Source: Oikopleura dioica
Lineage: Eukaryota; Animalia; Chordata
Reading direction: 5' to 3'
NCBI GenBank assembly: GCA_907165135.1
Contig: OU015566.1
Location: forward strand, 5,146,001-5,210,000
Length of the DNA stretch: 64,000 nt
Positions within the stretch are counted from its first letter, which is position 1; every line of letters begins with the position of its first letter. Made by a program: the position numbers and the translations under genes. The notes under the pieces were generated by a model. That model was not told where the DNA came from. It ran no database searches and saw nothing but the letters and a program-made list of their open reading frames with translations. Below, one piece after another: positions 59,649 to 64,000 of the stretch.

Positions 59649-62600
59649 TCAATTGTCAAGTGCGCAAAGTGCCGCGACTCCTCGGTTGATCCAGTGTTGC
59701 TCGCTCTTTGAAAAGGCTCATAAAATAAGCCTTTTGAAAATATAAAAAAAAAAACTTTGAAGCCTTTTCCTGCTCAGTCGGTAGTTGAAGCCACAGCACA
59801 AAATTCGTTGAATGGCCTTAAAAGAAGAATTGATACTCTATTCGCTAAATCTTAAGATTACCTGTTGTCGAAAGAGTTCCTTTTCTCGCACTGGTTTTGT
59901 AAACGGGACATGCATACATTCCCTTGCTAGAAATATTTGATTTTTCCGTCGGCTTCAACAACACAACTGGTAGCGGATCGTAAAGAGCCTGAATAATATT
60001 TAGCCGGAGTCCAAGATAGGAGACACCAAAATAAGGGACTTTTGGCTCAAAATGCAGAAAATCCGCGGCACGATTTAAAAAATTACCTTTGGCTTTGACT
60101 CATTGAGTTTCTGAGCTCTGCGGTCCCATCTTGAACCTTCCAGATAGAGGCCAGAAATGAAGGCACCATCATCTGGCGCGGTTGTAATGTCTTCCGGGGC
60201 CTCTGCTTCGACCACTTCAAAGGTAAAGCCAATCAAGTCGATCGGGATTTGGTACTTTCGGGCGTAATTTTGGTTCACAGCAGTTAAGAAACTCTGCGGA
60301 AAATAGAATCCAGAAATCCAGAAACAGTCTGGCGCGGCTCCGTTGTTGATCCAAGTCTGAAGGAAGTCCAGTCGGGCTGTCAAATCAGCGATGTAGCCTC
60401 CCAGTTTTTTAAGAGAAGGATAACTGCGCTTCGCCCAGGCAGGAGGTATTCTAGCGATCAGCATCGACTCGAATACATCTTCTAACTCAGAGTTCATTAC
60501 GACCAATCCCTTGATCGCCTTGCACAAGTTCTGTAAGCTCAGCCTTATTGTTCGAATAAGACTGTTGTATCGAATGAGCTCTTGTTTGAGCACTGTGTTC
60601 ATGCTATCTTCGTAGATAATTGGAAATTTTTTATAGATTGCTTCATTGTCAAAGACATTTGGAAGCTTCTGGAGAATGTCCTCAGCAATCTGCTGCACCT
60701 GTTCTTGTGGGGTCAATCCCGCACTCCCTGTCGCTCGAGGAAGAGTGATCAGAACATTGTCGAAGAGTTGTTGAGTTTCTGCTTGCTGACGGGAAATGTC
60801 CGCGTTTTCATGGAGGCCGAAGACTTCGGGAAGTGGCTCCAGAGGCAGCGATTTAATGTATTCAAGATAGCTTTCATAAGTTCCGTTCGGCGGGGCAAAA
60901 TAGTGACCGCTCGGCGAGAACTTGTAAAAGTCGTCTTCAATAGTCTCTGTTCTGTAGAAAAGCGAGAGAATCGAGCCCAGTAGGCGTCTGTCCTTGTCAT
61001 CTGTAACGCGGCCGCCATAATTGCACTCGCCAGTGAGATAGGTCAGCGCCGGCAAGGGGATCTCGTCGTACTCGTCCAAGAACATCGATATTTGTCGCAT
61101 GGAGATTCTCAGATCTGACTCGTTGAATTCATAAGCAATGTTCCATCCCAGCGGCCCGAATTTCCGTCTTTCTTGAATCAAGGCATGAAAGAAACAAAGC
61201 GCGAAAAGAAGCTTTTTCCAAGGTTTTTCTTTCGTGCAGCCGCCGAAAAAATCCGGATCGGAGATCGGATCAGACGAGTAAGATCGGATAACGTTTGCTC
61301 GCAGACCTCGCGGGGGCTCGTTGGTCATTTTGATAGAGTTTTGGAGAATAGAAACCGGGAAGTCGCCGGATGGATAGGAAGTCAACCAAAGACGGAAATC
61401 TTCGTGGAGGTCCTTGCGATCTCCGAACTCTTCACAAACGCGCTCCAAAGTCGGCATCCACGAAGCGGCTAAATGGCAATTCTGAAGAACTGCCCAGCCA
61501 CCATACTTGGCGGCTTTTTCGATGATTCTTAGTGCTATTGGTCCTTGACCTTGACCGAGCGAAATTGTTTCCATTTTCTCGTTGAAACTTCTGTCCGCTG
61601 CAAATTTGAGCAGCGCGGCCATCGGATCGGCTCCAGGTGACAGAACGAACACAAGAGGAGTTGTATTTGTGGAATCGTCAAATGATCCAGCAAGATCAAA
61701 CGTTGGTGGCTCGACAAACGCTCTATTGTTCAGTTCAGTCTCGATAAATTGCTGAACAGCTGGAACGACCTTGTCCGGTCGAAAACATCGGAGCAGGACA
61801 AGACGAGACATGGACGAAATCGAGTCATACGGCGCGGGAAAAGTCATATTGTGTGGATCAGAAGCGTCAAAAACTTTTTCCCAACAGGCAAGATCGAGAT
61901 TTTTTCGCGTCGAAAATAGCTCATGATCTTTTCCGAGCTCAGTTAGATTGCCAAGCTCGGACCATGTTTTGTCCGGCAACCAATGCGGCGCTGGATTAGG
62001 TTCGAGGTCTTCCACTAGACTAACGCCTCCAGTTAGAAGAAAGCGGTATCCAGGCTCGTCCAATCTTCCCGCTTGTTTCATCAGCGCCGTCGTCAGCGTG
62101 AACGAGAATAAGAACTTGTCTTTTTCGAATAAAGAGCGGCAAATGTTTCTGTACAATCCCAGAGTAAAGTGATCGTTTAACTGGCAACTTCGCTTGGAAA
62201 TATCCACTGTTTTCGCGTCGTAACCAGGCGCTCTCGATTTGACGATACTTTTCAGAAAAAGGTTAACAAACCATGTCAGACTGTATTGATACATTGGCTC
62301 GATGGCAGCCAAATCCTGGACGCAGAAGAAAAGAACAGACGCGTGAATCGCTGTTGGCAGATATTCTGCTCGTGTCTGATCAATCTTCGCTTCCGTTAAT
62401 GTTGCTTCCTTCTGCTTCGCTTGAATTTCTTCAGAAAGCGTCTTTGAGGAGCTCAGGATTTTAATCGCCGTCTCGTCTTCCAAAATATTTCCGTCCGACG
62501 AAAGCACCTCCAAAATTTTGTCCTCGATTTCTTTTAATTTGTTTTTATTTTGAGCGCCTTCTACGATGAGTTTACTCTTCACTTCTGCCAAGTCCGGACG

Positions 62601-64000
62601 CTCCTCTCCCGTCACAATTCCAAGAAGCTGGTCTGTGAGTCCATCGGGCGTGATCATGAAGTTCAAAATGCAAACTTTCACGGAAACCTCGGGCAAGTAG
62701 TGAGGATTCCGGAGAACAGTCGTCAGATACAGTCGGAAATCTTTGTTCCACTCGATTGTCGAGTCTCCAAGTTTGATGCATTCGACTCCCTGCGACTTAA
62801 AAGTCTGTTTCAATAAGACTGGTTCCAAAACCGAGTCAAGCTCTTCGCCAACATTTTCCAAGAGCATTGGCTGGCCGAATTGGATCGCAGTTTCGAGAGT
62901 TCTCAAGTAATTCGGATTCGACATTTTCAGAACATGAAGCCCCTTCTCCATGTTTTTCACCCACTTGTTAGCTTGTCCTTGCGGATCAATCATAAGCGGC
63001 CAACGACGACTGGAGCTTTGGATGATCGCATTGTCTGTCGAGTACGCGTCAGCAGGGAGGCCGGCCAATCGCCAGTTGCGGATTTTAACTGGATCTCCGA
63101 GAATATCAGAAAGCGAAAAAACTGGGTTGTGTTCGATACCGACACTTTTCATTGCAACCATCCAGTTGTCGATCGCTTTTCTTCTAAAATCTGAAGTAAA
63201 GGGGCCGACATAAGCAGAATAGGCAGAAGCAAGAAGGACGTCGCCAGTGAGTCTTTCTAGCTGCTCTGTGAGTTCTTCCGCTCTCTTTTTCCAAGCTGCC
63301 TTTTCTCCGCCTAAGCCGGAAAGAAGTTTTTCCGCTCGATCAAGCTTCAATTCGCACATGTTGATGTCCTCTTCAAGCTCTCTTTTCTTCTGCTTCTTTT
63401 CCTCCAGTTCGTTCTCCATGGCTGTCAGTTTGTCGACGACCTCTTTCAACTCTGCCTGTTTGATCTTCAAAGTATCCATCTGAACCTTCAAATCATCTTC
63501 TGCCTGTTTGAGTGCGATCTTCTTTGGCGCCACGACTTTAGCTACTCTCTCGTAGACTTCCATTGCGATAATCCATTTGACCATTCCTTCACATGCGGTC
63601 GACACTTTTGCCACTGTCTCGGGCTTGAAGTCGTCCATCGGAATGTATTTCTCGCGGATCTTTTTAATGATCGCAGGAGGAATGTTGTCTTTGTCGTAGT
63701 TTTTGAGTGAGTCAAGGAATTTCACGTCTCCGACCATTTTCTGCGAGGGTCCCCAAAAGTCGTCCATCATTTTTCCATCGGGGCCTGGTTTTCGCTCTGA
63801 CTTGACGCCCTTCATCACGCAAACAGCCTCCAAAACAAGTCTGACCAGTGTCGGTGGGTTTTTGAATGACTTCAAGTTGGTTATATCGGCTGGCTTGAGC
63901 GTGTTCAGCGCGGAAATGGCCGATTTAAGTGCTGGCATTGCCACTGCCAGCTCAGCCTCGCAATCGTCTTTGATGGCTTTCGCCGCTGTGGCTGCTTCGT
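59649..64000 (-). CDS. DNAH3: Axonemal inner-arm dynein heavy chain (DNAH3/7 class): stalk, AAA5, AAA6, C-terminal domain; 5' part outside the window
   Basis: 1289-aa open exon (RRWPLMIDPQGQANKWVK, GGWAVLQNCHLA, DFRLWLTSYPS, ERRKFGPLGWNIAYEFNESD, CNYGGRVTD), then three small exons ending [25 protein letters not shown]...HWINRGVAALCALDN*. No lesions seen; paralogue assignment is by eye. Confidence 0.93.

Noticed and set aside
60582-63483. Multiple plus-strand ORFs over the dynein exon
   Set aside because: Antisense shadows of a long coding exon, with no recognisable motifs.
1-64000. rRNA, 5S/SL RNA genes or intact tRNAs
   Set aside because: No matching sequence was seen by eye; only the two defective tRNA-like copies.

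Overview
Compact eukaryotic (animal) DNA with very short introns, some GC/GA donors, operon-like gene spacing and TTAGGG repeats. My inference from these traits is a larvacean tunicate such as Oikopleura. The window has three zones. (1) 1-41.5 kb is a subtelomeric patchwork of decayed, intron-containing housekeeping gene copies (POGLUT2/3-like, MCM4, SLC35A2, PLC-delta-like, calumenin/reticulocalbin, GTF3C6, KDM1B, ORC3, ORC5, ZDHHC16, AIMP1, PTGES2, RSU1, a MutL motif). These are joined at mid-gene breakpoints, carry many hAT/piggyBac/Tc1/MULE-type MITEs, and include a near-perfect 4.96-kb tandem duplication. (2) 41.6-46.2 kb is 69 copies of a 51-bp telomere-like satellite running into a TTAGGG/TTAGG array, then a 500-N gap. 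(3) 46.2-64 kb holds a complete Penelope-like retroelement (RT + GIY-YIG, pLTRs, three hammerhead ribozymes, TSD), a long multi-exon gene for a putative receptor tyrosine kinase with an ankyrin-like, sequon-rich ectodomain, and the intact 3' part of an axonemal dynein heavy chain. The strongest leads are: hAT MITEs whose CAG|G target duplications would let them be spliced out exactly as GC-AG/GA-AG introns (introner-like intron birth); the ankyrin-ectodomain RTK; and the satellite-telomere junction. All calls were made by eye with no searches run, and gene-fragment boundaries are approximate.
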